Assembly (NCBI GenBank): GCA_028866715.1 | Contig: JAGWHO010000006.1 | Location: 2,005 to 66,004 of the forward strand | Reading direction: 5' to 3' | DNA from: Candidatus Micrarchaeota archaeon | GTDB taxonomy: Archaea > Micrarchaeota > Micrarchaeia > Micrarchaeales > Micrarchaeaceae | DNA: 64,000 nucleotides | Notes under the pieces: generated by a model | Database searches by the model: none | What the model was told of the DNA's origin: nothing | What the model saw: only the letters and a program-made list of their open reading frames with translations | In this document: positions 54,201 to 63,244 of the stretch, one piece after another | Layout: every line of letters starts with the position of its first letter | How positions within the stretch are numbered: position 1 is the first letter of the stretch | Position numbers and translations under genes: made by a program

Positions 54201-55520
54201 GTGATAAAAGTGAAAATTTCTTTTTTTGGAGCTGCACAGGAAGTAGGTCGCAGCTGCATAATGGTAAAGACAGACAAGACAAAGATACTCCTCGATGCAG
54301 GAGTAAAGCTGGGCGAGACTGACGAGTATCCACAGATACCCGACAAGGAGCTCAAGACAGTAGACGGAATATTCGTATCCCACGCGCATTTGGACCACAG
54401 CGGCTATCTGCCGCACATATTCAGCGCAGGCTACAACGGCAAGATCTATGCCACAAAGCCGACGATAGAGCTCATAAACGTCATGATAAATGACTATATG
54501 CGCATATCCGAGCCCACGAACGTGAGCAAGGAAGGTTTGGCGAAGATGCAGAAATCTTATAAGATACTGGAGTTCAAGGAGCCGTTCAGGTTCAAGGACC
54601 TCACGATAAGGTTCATCGGAGCCGGGCACATACTCGGAAGCGCGATGATAAGCGTAAGCGACGGGAAGGAGACAATCCTCTACTCTGGAGACATAAACCT
54701 TGTAAAGACAAGGCTTCTCGAAGGAGCGGAAATACACGGCTTATCCGCAAAGACGCTGATAACTGAGAGCACGTATTCATCCAAGAAGGACGTGTTTCCA
54801 AATGAAACGGTAGTGACGAAGAAGATGCTCAAGAGCATAAAGGACACGCTTCTTGCTGGCGGCAAGGTGATAATACCAACGTTCGCAGTCGGAAGAGGCC
54901 AGGAAGTCCTGTTCTTGCTCGACGACTACATGAACTCAGGGCTGATACCTAAGGTCCCGATATACGTTGACGGAATGATCAACAAGGCGATGAGGATCCA
55001 CAGGCACAATGTCATCTACTGCAGGACTGAACTGCAGAGAAGGATACTCATGAGCGATTTCGATCCGTTCAAGAGCGAGAATTTCTCGCCCATAGAGAAG
55101 ATAAGCGAGAGGTCGAAGGTCGTGTCGGAAGACCAGGCAAGCATAATAGTCACGACAAGCGGCATGATAACCGGAGGCCCGATAATGTACTATCTGACAA
55201 AGATGGGGCACAACTCGCTCAACAAGCTCATACTGGTCGGTTTCCAGGCAGCCGGAACTCTCGGAAGGGAGATACAGGACGGCGCAAGGAAGGTAAAGAT
55301 CAACAAGAGCATGGTCGATATAGGGCTCACGGTTGAGACATACCATCTGTCTGCTCACGCAGACAGGCCGCAGCTCGATACTCTGGTTCAGAGGATAAAC
55401 GGCCTGAAGAACATCTTCATAATCCACGGCGAGAAGGTAAAGTCCGAGGAGTGGAGAGATGACCTTAAGGCGAAGTACCACGCTCTCCTGCCGGAACCGT
55501 TAAAGGAATACGAAGTCTGA
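54201..55520 (+). CDS. metallo-beta-lactamase/beta-CASP ribonuclease without KH domains (aCPSF2-type)
   Basis: VSHAHLDHSGYLP (HxHxDH), beta-CASP motifs and C-terminal LSAHAD. The start may be the second GTG at 54210. Confidence 0.87.
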   Translation: MIKVKISFFGAAQEVGRSCIMVKTDKTKILLDAGVKLGETDEYPQIPDKELKTVDGIFVSHAHLDHSGYLPHIFSAGYNGKIYATKPTIELINVMINDYMRISEPTNVSKEGLAKMQKSYKILEFKEPFRFKDLTIRFIGAGHILGSAMISVSDGKETILYSGDINLVKTRLLEGAEIHGLSAKTLITESTYSSKKDVFPNETVVTKKMLKSIKDTLLAGGKVIIPTFAVGRGQEVLFLLDDYMNSGLIPKVPIYVDGMINKAMRIHRHNVIYCRTELQRRILMSDFDPFKSENFSPIEKISERSKVVSEDQASIIVTTSGMITGGPIMYYLTKMGHNSLNKLILVGFQAAGTLGREIQDGARKVKINKSMVDIGLTVETYHLSAHADRPQLDTLVQRINGLKNIFIIHGEKVKSEEWRDDLKAKYHALLPEPLKEYEV

Positions 55521-55538
55521 TTGTTAATCAGTGTTTAG

Positions 55539-56786
55539 ATGCTCACCCTTTCAAGCGGTGCAAAGCTTAAGGGAACGGTAAAATCCGAGCCAGGCGACTT
55601 TGTTGTCGAGGAGATAGCTGACAACGGCACAGTCCTTGAAATAGGCAAGAGATACTCAAGCGAGGATCTAGGATTAAAATCCTCAGACAATGGCAATTTC
55701 TCAGTATTCGTGATGCAGAAGAGCAACTGGAATACTATACAAGCGTTGCGCGCTGTGTCTAAGAAGCTCATGAAGGGCGTCAGGTCTGCCGGATTCGCAG
55801 GCACAAAGGACCGCATATCTATATCGACGCAGCTTTGCAGCATATTCGGCGCAACACCAGAACAGCTGCAATCAATCCATATAAAAGACATCGCGATAAA
55901 CGGGGCTTGGCGCAGCGATTCCGGAATAACAATGGGGCAGCTCCTAGGCAACAGATTCACGATAAATGTCAGGAACGTATCCGGCAATGCAGATATCGGC
56001 GCTATCAACGAGGAGTTGAACGGCATATTCCCCAATTATTTTGGCGAACAAAGGTTCGGATTCCGCGACAATAACGTAAAGATAGGCATTGCTATGCTTC
56101 GCGGCGACTTCAAGGAAGCCATAATGGAGTTTCTGACCGGGACCGGCAACGAGAGTAAGCCTGAGGCTACCGCAGCCAGAAGGGATCTCTCAGAAACGCA
56201 GGATTTCAAGGAGGCGCTCAAGAGCTTCCCAACATACCTGAAGTACGAGCGCATAATGCTCGAATATCTATCGAAATATCCATCGAATTACGCAAATGCG
56301 ATGCGCACGCTGCCTAGGCAGCTCTCGCTCATGTTCATACACGCTGTCGAAAGCCAGATCTTCAACAGGGAGCTGGAGGAGCGTGTGAAAGGCAAGGAGG
56401 TAAACCCAAGCGAAGGCGACCTGGCATGCCCGAGAAACTCTTACAGCTTCCCCGATTTAAACAATGTGAAAAGATTCAGGCATGAAGACAGCAGCGATCA
56501 GCTGTTAATGGTCGGCAACATCGTAGGTTACGAGACAAAGCATTCAACTGACACGGAGGAGCGGATAATGGACGAGATGGACATAACCACAGACTCGTTC
56601 AAGATAAATGGTCTTAAGGAACTGAGCTGCAGGGGCACGTATAGGGCCCTATTCGCGCCTTACAAGGGATTCTCGTATGCTAAGCAAGAAGATGGTCGGA
56701 TAAAGTTGAGCTTCTCACTACCATCAGGTTCGTATGCCACCATACTATCAAGCGAATTTGTGGAAAGTAATAAATCAATTCAGTAG
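55539..56786 (+). CDS. truD: tRNA pseudouridine synthase TruD/Pus7 family
   Basis: FAGTKDRISISTQ (catalytic Asp) and NYFGEQRFG. Confidence 0.9.
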   Translation: MLTLSSGAKLKGTVKSEPGDFVVEEIADNGTVLEIGKRYSSEDLGLKSSDNGNFSVFVMQKSNWNTIQALRAVSKKLMKGVRSAGFAGTKDRISISTQLCSIFGATPEQLQSIHIKDIAINGAWRSDSGITMGQLLGNRFTINVRNVSGNADIGAINEELNGIFPNYFGEQRFGFRDNNVKIGIAMLRGDFKEAIMEFLTGTGNESKPEATAARRDLSETQDFKEALKSFPTYLKYERIMLEYLSKYPSNYANAMRTLPRQLSLMFIHAVESQIFNRELEERVKGKEVNPSEGDLACPRNSYSFPDLNNVKRFRHEDSSDQLLMVGNIVGYETKHSTDTEERIMDEMDITTDSFKINGLKELSCRGTYRALFAPYKGFSYAKQEDGRIKLSFSLPSGSYATILSSEFVESNKSIQ

Positions 56787-56806
56787 AGATAAACTACGTT
56801 GATGCA

Positions 56807-57154
56807 ATGAATGCATGCAGGAATTTCTATATGAGGGAACTTCAGCATGCTTCGGCACAAGGCGATAACAAGGAGGTGCGCTGGCTGCTTGGTCAGGGCT
56901 GGCCAGTCGATGGCAAAGACCTTAAAGACCAGTTCCATGCACACGAGCCTGCCCAGATGGCAGCAACTAATGGCAAGACCAACACACTCAGGATACTCAA
57001 GGCGCACGGGGCAGATTTCTTTTCATATACTCGTACAGGCATGACACTTGAGGAGTTATCCGACAAGCATGGCCACCACGAATGTTCAAAATATATACGA
57101 AAGGTTAAGGAAGAAGAGACGATTAAAGAACTGATGGAAGAATATAGCGACTGA
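56807..57154 (+). CDS. small ankyrin-repeat protein
   Basis: Two to three ANK-like units (LQHASAQGDNKEVRWLLGQGWPVDGKD..., PAQMAATNGKTNTLRILKAHGADF). Confidence 0.68.
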   Translation: MNACRNFYMRELQHASAQGDNKEVRWLLGQGWPVDGKDLKDQFHAHEPAQMAATNGKTNTLRILKAHGADFFSYTRTGMTLEELSDKHGHHECSKYIRKVKEEETIKELMEEYSD

Positions 57155-57158
57155 TTTC

Positions 57159-57962
57159 ATGAACGCAGAAATAGGCATTATCGGAGGCTCAGGGCTCTAC
57201 TCATTGATGGACAAGTTCGAAGAGGTAGAGATGGACACGGAATACGGCAAGCCGAGCGACAGGATTGCAATCGGAATGATCGGCAACAGGTCTGTCGCTT
57301 TTCTGCCCAGGCACGGCAGGAAGCACTCGCTTCCGCCGCACAAGATCCCGTACAAGGCGAACATAGCTGCCTTCAAGCAGCTGGGCGTTTCAAGGATAAT
57401 ATCCACCAGCGCGATAGGCTCTCTGAAGCAGGAGTACAAGCCAGGAGACATCGCGCTCTTCGACCAGTTCGTGAACATGACTCATGGCAGGGATGATACC
57501 TTCTTCCACGGGAGCTCAGTCACGCATGTAAGCACTGCCGAGCCATACTGCCCTGAACTCAGGTCGATAGGCATGAAGGCGGCAGACACGCTCAAGCTTG
57601 ACTACCATAAAGATGCGACAATAGTCGTCATCAACGGCCCAAGGTTCAACACGAAGGCAGAATCAAAGATGTACGCAAACCACGGATTCGACGTCATAAA
57701 CATGACCCAGTATCCTGAAGTTCCTCTTGCGATAGAGAGGGAGATGTGCTACCTTGGCATCGGAATGGTGACAGATTACGACGCCGGGCTTGAGGGCAAC
57801 GACAACATAAAGCCTGTGACGCTTGAGGAGGTAAACAGGATATTCGCGGCAAACATCTCAAAAGTAAAATCCATGATAAACGAGATCGTACCAAGGGTGC
57901 CCGAAGCAAGGATAAAATGCCACTGTCCAGACGTATTAAAGAATGCCGTAGTTGGGCATTGA
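57159..57962 (+). CDS. mtnP: S-methyl-5'-thioadenosine phosphorylase
   Basis: IGIIGGSGLY, FLPRHG, NMTQYPEV and MVTDYD. Confidence 0.92.
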   Translation: MNAEIGIIGGSGLYSLMDKFEEVEMDTEYGKPSDRIAIGMIGNRSVAFLPRHGRKHSLPPHKIPYKANIAAFKQLGVSRIISTSAIGSLKQEYKPGDIALFDQFVNMTHGRDDTFFHGSSVTHVSTAEPYCPELRSIGMKAADTLKLDYHKDATIVVINGPRFNTKAESKMYANHGFDVINMTQYPEVPLAIEREMCYLGIGMVTDYDAGLEGNDNIKPVTLEEVNRIFAANISKVKSMINEIVPRVPEARIKCHCPDVLKNAVVGH

Positions 57963-58011
57963 CTGCACGCAAGGTATAAATATTATTTTCCTGCAACTTC
58001 TCAACGTGCTT

Positions 58012-58503
58012 ATGATGGGGGACTGGTTTCAGGATATGAAAAGGACGGTGGCTTTAGAGACGAACCCGGTAGGCGTCAGCTTCGAGAACAAGCTTACAGC
58101 TATGCTCTCTAATCTGCAAATGACTTATGTAATAAAGCCAGGGACTTTCGTCTTTGAACAAGCCGTTGGAGGGAGGGACATAACTTACAGGCCAGACGTC
58201 TACCTGCCTGAAAATCCCGTGGATAACCGAAAGACCCTTCTAGAGCCTCACGGGTCGAAGTTCTGGACTATTAATGTTCTGCAAAAGCTTAACATTTTCA
58301 TGAGGTCCGAACACCACGACGGCCACTATCTCATAGTGATTACGGACGACAAGTATAAGGAGTACTTCCACAACAATCTGAACAAGTTGCGATTGAGGCC
58401 CATAGATATAGCTGATGAGGTTTGGATGTTGCACAGGACCGATGAGATGCTGCCAAGGCCGGAATCCCTGAAAACGCGCACCAGGTCAAAATCACCGGCT
58501 TAA
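58012..58503 (+). CDS. hypothetical protein, possible PD-(D/E)xK-like nuclease fold
   Basis: Trimmed to ATG 58012, with ggtataaatatt about 30 nt upstream. YRPDVYLPE...LLEPHG gives a weak nuclease-core resemblance only. Confidence 0.45.
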   Translation: MMGDWFQDMKRTVALETNPVGVSFENKLTAMLSNLQMTYVIKPGTFVFEQAVGGRDITYRPDVYLPENPVDNRKTLLEPHGSKFWTINVLQKLNIFMRSEHHDGHYLIVITDDKYKEYFHNNLNKLRLRPIDIADEVWMLHRTDEMLPRPESLKTRTRSKSPA

Positions 58504-58519
58504 TCGGGTTGAACATAAG

Positions 58520-58618
58520 CGCCGGGATTGGGATTTGAACCCAAAATTCCTTTCGGAAACCAGATCTCGAGTTTCGCCTGTTTGCAACTGGCGCGTTACC
58601 GGATTCCGCCATCCCGGC
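58520..58618 (-). tRNA. tRNA-Ser (CGA), class II, with 15-nt intron at a non-canonical position (30/31, in the anticodon stem)
   Basis: Acceptor GCCGGGA/TCCCGGC with discriminator G. T arm TTGGG-TTCAAAT-CCCAA and a long variable arm TTCC-GAAA-GGAA. Removing 58573-58587 gives a perfect stem CCAGA/TCTGG with loop CTCGAGA. The pre-tRNA can form a 4-bp helix CGCC/GGCG flanked by 3-nt bulges AGT and AAA that carry both junctions. Confidence 0.68.
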
Positions 58619-58632
58619 ATAAGACAGCAATA

Positions 58633-58644
58633 CCTATTTAAGGG
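58633..58644 (-). promoter_or_regulatory. TATA-like box (cccttaaatagg on minus strand) for tRNA-Ser
   Basis: Lies 15-26 nt upstream of the tRNA 5' end. It is the same box type as 3027-3038. Confidence 0.4.
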
Positions 58645-58694
58645 TGCTAATTTAATAGATTAGCATTTATTCTTATAATAAGGTCGATGCTCTA

Positions 58695-60257
58695 ATGTTC
58701 AGAAATTACGACGTCCAGCTCACGGGCAGGCTTCTGACTGTGACGCTCTTCACTATACTCTCGATTGCAGGAATAGCGTTCTCCATATACCTGTTCCTAA
58801 TATCAAGGACATTATACATGTACGCACTGTCCTCTGCGTTCACTGCGCTCTCGCTTTTCGCAGGTTTTTTCAACATCTACGCCTCAATCTGGTACTACAG
58901 ATCTTATCTTTATGACAAATATCTGAAAGGTATAAACGCGTGGCTCAAGCCGCTCAGCAGGTTCCCCACCATCGCTGTGGCCATACCGGTATACAATGAA
59001 GAACCCGAGATGGTAGAGCGAAACCTGAAGTCATTGATGAAGCTCAACTACCCTAAGGCGAAGCTGCACTTCTACATGCTTGATGATTCGACAGACACAA
59101 CTATAGCCGGCTCGCTCTCTGCAGTCGCGAAGAAGTTCAAGATCGCATACATACACAGGAACGACAGGAAGGGATACAAGGCCGGCGCGCTCAACAACCT
59201 GATGAAAGTGTGCAAGGAGGAGTATCTCGCAATATTCGATTCAGACGAATATCTCACAAACAGGAACTTCCTGATAGACACTCTTCCGTATTTCCAGAAC
59301 GCGAAGATATCCTACATACAGACAGAGAAGAGGTACGCAAGAGGCACATTTTTCTCCGATGCCGTAGATATATTCGACGCATTTTTCTTCAAGTTCATCC
59401 AGCCCGCGAGGGCGCTCAACAACACGGCGGTCTTCGCAGGCAGCTGCGGCGTGATCCGCACGAGCGCATTGGAGAAGATAGGCGGTTTCCCTGAATACGT
59501 AATAGAGGACACGTTCTTCAGCTTTGAGTCGGACATGCACGGATTCGAGAGCCTTTATGTGCCTAAGGTCTATGCCCTTGGAAGGCCGATAATGACGTTT
59601 ACAGAGCTGGTCAAGCAGCAGTGGCGCTACAACTACGGCGACACCCAGTTCATAAGATACTTCCTTAGCAGGCCCGGCCCGAAAAAGCCGAGAGACCCGT
59701 TCGGCAACATCGACTACTGGACACATGGGCTTGGCCTGAACTACATATCCATAGTGCTCATAATATTCACGCTAATATCGATAGGCATGGTATTCTCGAG
59801 CATACCGTTCGAGCACCTCAACGTGCTGAATCCGTTCGCGCAGACCTCGAACCTTAATCTCTCATTGGAGTTCCTGGGATTCTTCGCATTTCTGTTGTCA
59901 TTGCTAACCCCTGTCATACTGACCAAGATATACTTCAAGTCTTTGACAAAGGGCCTCATGGTATTCCTGCTCAATTACGCGCTTGCGTTCGTAAGGACGA
60001 AGGCCGCAATAGCCACATTCGTAAGCAGCAAGAACCCGGGCATACACTGGAACAGGCTCAAGATACAGCAGCAGAGCGGCAGCCGCAATATCGTCTCTTC
60101 GATACTCAACACCAAGGCCGAGATTCTTTTCTCGATGAGCATGTTCGGCCTGGCGATATTCGCGCTGTCCGAATCCAACCTTGCAGGCGGCTTCTGGCTC
60201 GCATGGTACGGAATCCTGTACATGTCAGCCACCGCGTTCCTGCTCAAGTACGGCTGA
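58695..60257 (+). CDS. membrane-integrated processive GT2 glycosyltransferase (cellulose/chitin/PNAG-synthase-like)
   Basis: MLDDSTD, FDSDE, VIEDT and QQWRY (a Q-x-x-R-W type motif), flanked by TM helices. Confidence 0.87.
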   Translation: MFRNYDVQLTGRLLTVTLFTILSIAGIAFSIYLFLISRTLYMYALSSAFTALSLFAGFFNIYASIWYYRSYLYDKYLKGINAWLKPLSRFPTIAVAIPVYNEEPEMVERNLKSLMKLNYPKAKLHFYMLDDSTDTTIAGSLSAVAKKFKIAYIHRNDRKGYKAGALNNLMKVCKEEYLAIFDSDEYLTNRNFLIDTLPYFQNAKISYIQTEKRYARGTFFSDAVDIFDAFFFKFIQPARALNNTAVFAGSCGVIRTSALEKIGGFPEYVIEDTFFSFESDMHGFESLYVPKVYALGRPIMTFTELVKQQWRYNYGDTQFIRYFLSRPGPKKPRDPFGNIDYWTHGLGLNYISIVLIIFTLISIGMVFSSIPFEHLNVLNPFAQTSNLNLSLEFLGFFAFLLSLLTPVILTKIYFKSLTKGLMVFLLNYALAFVRTKAAIATFVSSKNPGIHWNRLKIQQQSGSRNIVSSILNTKAEILFSMSMFGLAIFALSESNLAGGFWLAWYGILYMSATAFLLKYG

Positions 60258-60261
60258 GCCA

Positions 60262-60573
60262 ATGATATACATCAAGATACACAGCACGGACAACGGCCCT
60301 ATGCTGGCGCTCTGCGATTCAAATCTCATAGAGAAGATACTGGAAGAAGGAGAGCTTGTAATAAACATAAAGGATTACGCAGATTTTTACAAAGGCGATC
60401 TGATAAAGGCAGAAGAGCTCGGCAAGCACATAGACTCCAATGAGGTATACTCGGCAAACGTGATAGGCAAGGAGTCGGTTGATGCCGCAGTGCAAAACAG
60501 GATAATCGACAAGGCGCACGTAAGGGCTGTGAATAAAGTGCCCTACGCGCACGCATTCAGGATAAAGTACTAG
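60262..60573 (+). CDS. DUF424-family small protein
   Basis: Trimmed to ATG 60262 because the track ORF overlaps the GT2 3' end. MIYIKIHSTDNGPMLALCDSNLIEKILEEGELVINI...FYKG matches my memory of DUF424. Confidence 0.68.
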   Translation: MIYIKIHSTDNGPMLALCDSNLIEKILEEGELVINIKDYADFYKGDLIKAEELGKHIDSNEVYSANVIGKESVDAAVQNRIIDKAHVRAVNKVPYAHAFRIKY

Positions 60574-60920
60574 GATTTCTCCTTCTCAAGGTCCATTATC
60601 GCCTGCGCGATGTTTCCCTTTGCCTTCTCAAGGGCTGCCTTGACCTTCTCCCTGTCTGAAATCCCTGTAGCCTCTGACACCAGCTTGATGTCATCCTCGG
60701 TTACCTCCATGGCAACGTTGCTCTCCATCTCTGTTACAATGCCCGCTATCTGGAAGCTGACAGACCCCTGGGCCTCTATCTTTGTAACTTGAGGCTGCTC
60801 TATGAGTATCTGCTTGTCAGGCATCTCGATAACGACTCTCGTGGCGTTAAGCTCAGATGACTTTATCCCCATCTTTGCCATAAGGTTTCTAAGCGTCCTA
60901 GGATCCATGTTTGGCATCAT
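60570..60920 (-). CDS. nac: nascent polypeptide-associated complex protein (archaeal NAC, NAC + UBA domains)
   Basis: MNPRTLRNLMAKMGIK-type N-terminus, a NAC beta-barrel, and a C-terminal UBA (REKVKAALEKAKGNIAQAIMDL). Confidence 0.88.
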   Translation of the reverse strand: MMPNMDPRTLRNLMAKMGIKSSELNATRVVIEMPDKQILIEQPQVTKIEAQGSVSFQIAGIVTEMESNVAMEVTEDDIKLVSEATGISDREKVKAALEKAKGNIAQAIMDLEKEKS

Positions 60921-60957
60921 AGCATCAACGACTTATTCTATGAATCAAAGTTATTAA

Positions 60958-62028
60958 CTATATCTTCCTGGCGAACAGCGTCAGCTCCCATCTGTTGTGC
61001 GGCAGCTTCTTTATCCTCACATCATTGAAGCTCTTGAGCGCCGCCTTCGCGTTTCCGATGTGCGCGTCTATGTTGTTGTCGACCAGCTTTATCGTCAGTA
61101 TGAGTATTCCTCTGCTCCTAAGCAAAGGCGCAAACCTTTCTGCTATCGCTGCGCTCTCTTTCGCCTCTATGTTCATGTCGACAAGCAGCGCGTCAACGTC
61201 GCCGACCCAGTCCAGGCTTTTAGGGCTGACGTCCCGCACGTTCGCTTTTATGTGCAAGAGATTCCACTCTTCCGGCGCACTTACCTTTGCATCAGTAATC
61301 TCGACTCTGCCCAACTTGGACAGCATCTCATAATCAAGATCAGCATTATCTATCGCAATGACCTGCGAGCCGCTCCTCATCATAAGCGCGCTCCACCCTC
61401 CGGGCGCAGCGCCCAAGTCCAGGCATAGCTTCATTTCATTTATGTCTATCTCGAAGAAGTCGATGGCCTCGGCAAGCTTGAACTCAGCCCTGCTGATTGC
61501 AGAACCAGCTTCCTTGTTCGCATGCCTGAACGCGTCTATCACCTTTGAATAAGCCAGTTTCCTGCTGACCCTCCCGATAAACGCCTTATCAGAGAGAACG
61601 ACGTACACTATGTCATCAGGATCCTTAAGGTCGGCCCTGAAACCAATCTCTTCAAGCTTTCTGCCCAGAAGCACCTCTATGGCCTTTGCGCTTCCCTCAA
61701 AATTCGGTATTATCTTCTTTACCTCTATCCTGAACCTCTTGCCCTTATCCAGTAATTCCGCAGCAGCGGCAACAATCTCGTCAAAGCTGCCTGCAGAATA
61801 CCCTGCCTCTGCTTCTATAGGCACTATGCCCTCAACGAAGACAGGCTTCATTCTGCCCATCTTTTCAATAACAGAAGATGGTTCCAGCCCTATCGCGGCA
61901 ATGAACGCCCTGTCATAGTCAAGGCTGAATTTCTTGTAGCCATCCATCTCGAATATGGCCCTCAGCTCCTTGCTTGCTCTCCCAAGAAACCTGCTGTCAG
62001 CGAATACGAGGAATCGTGTTTCGGTCAA
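60958..62028 (-). CDS. THUMP-like domain fused to FtsJ/RlmM-like SAM-dependent RNA methyltransferase
   Basis: ISRAEFKLAEA and DLGAAPGGWS (SAM motif I), preceded by a ~170-aa THUMP-like module. Confidence 0.78.
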   Translation of the reverse strand: MTETRFLVFADSRFLGRASKELRAIFEMDGYKKFSLDYDRAFIAAIGLEPSSVIEKMGRMKPVFVEGIVPIEAEAGYSAGSFDEIVAAAAELLDKGKRFRIEVKKIIPNFEGSAKAIEVLLGRKLEEIGFRADLKDPDDIVYVVLSDKAFIGRVSRKLAYSKVIDAFRHANKEAGSAISRAEFKLAEAIDFFEIDINEMKLCLDLGAAPGGWSALMMRSGSQVIAIDNADLDYEMLSKLGRVEITDAKVSAPEEWNLLHIKANVRDVSPKSLDWVGDVDALLVDMNIEAKESAAIAERFAPLLRSRGILILTIKLVDNNIDAHIGNAKAALKSFNDVRIKKLPHNRWELTLFARKI

Positions 62029-62036
62029 TACGGCAC

Positions 62037-62561
62037 CTACGGATAGGTTATCTTTGTTCCTCTAATTTTTGCGAACGGTGTCATCTTGTGCGGGCGTTCC
62101 GAAGAGATGCCAGAGATATGGTACACATGCCTTTTCCCAGCAAGCAACGCGTCTGCTATCAGAGACCTGTGGCATCTGAACGGATTCCCTTCGGCGCACA
62201 TTATTGCAATTCTCTCTTTCTTGCTTATCCGGATCAGCTTCACGATTGCGCTCGCAAATTCCCGCGTCTGCATGTAATCCGCAAATCCTCTAAAGCTGTC
62301 GTTTCTCCAGCCGGTGTTGATTGAATCTTTACGCGGCTTTCGAAGCCCTCCCAACTTGCCGAAGTGCAGGTATTTTATCCCGTTTCTGCCGAGCCTTGCC
62401 CTTAGCTTCGGCTCATTGAAATCCGGCTGGTGCCTTGATTTTGGCACTGTCCTCACATCAACGAGCAACGTCACCGAGTGTGCCTTAAGGATCTTTACGA
62501 AATCTGCTATTGCGCGGTTTGAGTAGCCTATTGCAAAAACAGGATTCTGTTTCATCGGCAT
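62037..62561 (-). CDS. DUF488-family protein
   Basis: FAIGYSNRAIADFVKILKAHSVTLLVDVRTVPKSR...CAEGNPFRCHRSLIA. I trimmed the track ORF (to 62603) because its extension overlaps tRNA-Ala. Confidence 0.78.
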   Translation of the reverse strand: MPMKQNPVFAIGYSNRAIADFVKILKAHSVTLLVDVRTVPKSRHQPDFNEPKLRARLGRNGIKYLHFGKLGGLRKPRKDSINTGWRNDSFRGFADYMQTREFASAIVKLIRISKKERIAIMCAEGNPFRCHRSLIADALLAGKRHVYHISGISSERPHKMTPFAKIRGTKITYP

Positions 62562-62582
62562 CTGAGGACCAAACTTGATATG

Positions 62583-62654
62583 TGGACTCTGCGGGATTCG
62601 CACCCGCGGCCTTCCGCTTGCAAAGCGGACGCTCTACTCCTGAGCCAAGAGCCC
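62583..62654 (-). tRNA. tRNA-Ala (TGC) with G3-U70; T-loop reads TGCGAAT
   Basis: Acceptor GGGCTCT/AGAGTCC with a G3-T70 wobble. Anticodon stem TCCGC/GCGGA and loop TTTGCAA. T arm GCGGG-TGCGAAT-CCCGC. Discriminator A. Confidence 0.85.
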
Positions 62655-62697
62655 ATGCTAAGCCTTTTACCGATGGAATATTTAGCACATGCGGTTG

Positions 62698-63066
62698 CTA
62701 CCTTCTCTTCTTCTTTCCTTTGCTCTTTACCGCATGTATCTTTCTCTTTACCTTTACTTTATTGCCTGCCTTCTTTACGCTTGTTCTCTTTGTGGTCGTT
62801 ACTTTGGCGCCTTGCCTGCCCATCGTTGTGAGCCTTTCCACTATCTCGAGCTCCTGCTCCTGTTTCTTATCATTTTTGTTGAGCTCCGTGAGCATAGAGT
62901 CTATGACATTCTCGTTGCCTGCCTGTTCTGTCTCCTTTGCGGAGCTGGCAAGCAGCGCATTCTCCATGTCGCCCTTCTTAAGTATGCGGTTTATCGCTCT
63001 CAATCCCTTGAGCTTCTGCAGCTCAAGCGCGTATTTCTCCTTTTTCTTTTTGTCCAACATATGCAC
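62698..63066 (-). CDS. hypothetical Lys-rich basic protein
   Basis: 122 aa with a poly-Lys N-terminus and a basic tail (KVKVKRKIHAVKSKGKKKRR). acctttatagc lies about 27 nt upstream on the coding strand. The overlapping plus-strand ORFs look like shadows of it. Confidence 0.5.
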   Translation of the reverse strand: MHMLDKKKKEKYALELQKLKGLRAINRILKKGDMENALLASSAKETEQAGNENVIDSMLTELNKNDKKQEQELEIVERLTTMGRQGAKVTTTKRTSVKKAGNKVKVKRKIHAVKSKGKKKRR

Positions 63067-63244
63067 TCTACCCTAATAACCCGATTACCTTTATAGCCCA
63101 GGTTATTAAGCCTTTTCCCGGGGTAAGGCATTCGTGGAACGAACATGCCGTCGGCAATCTCGAGATAACGAAGATTTATACGCATGCTGTCCTAGGTTCG
63201 CAATCTATATATATTTGGAAAAGCTTAGTCAAATATGTGAGCTT

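Noticed and set aside
58520-58618. Reading this gene as tRNA-Cys(GCA) with a canonical 37/38 intron.
   Set aside because: The body is class II, with a long variable arm and G73. That splice choice needs a G-U-closed stem and gives no bulge-helix-bulge. The 30/31 splice gives a perfect stem, a Ser anticodon and a proper BHB.
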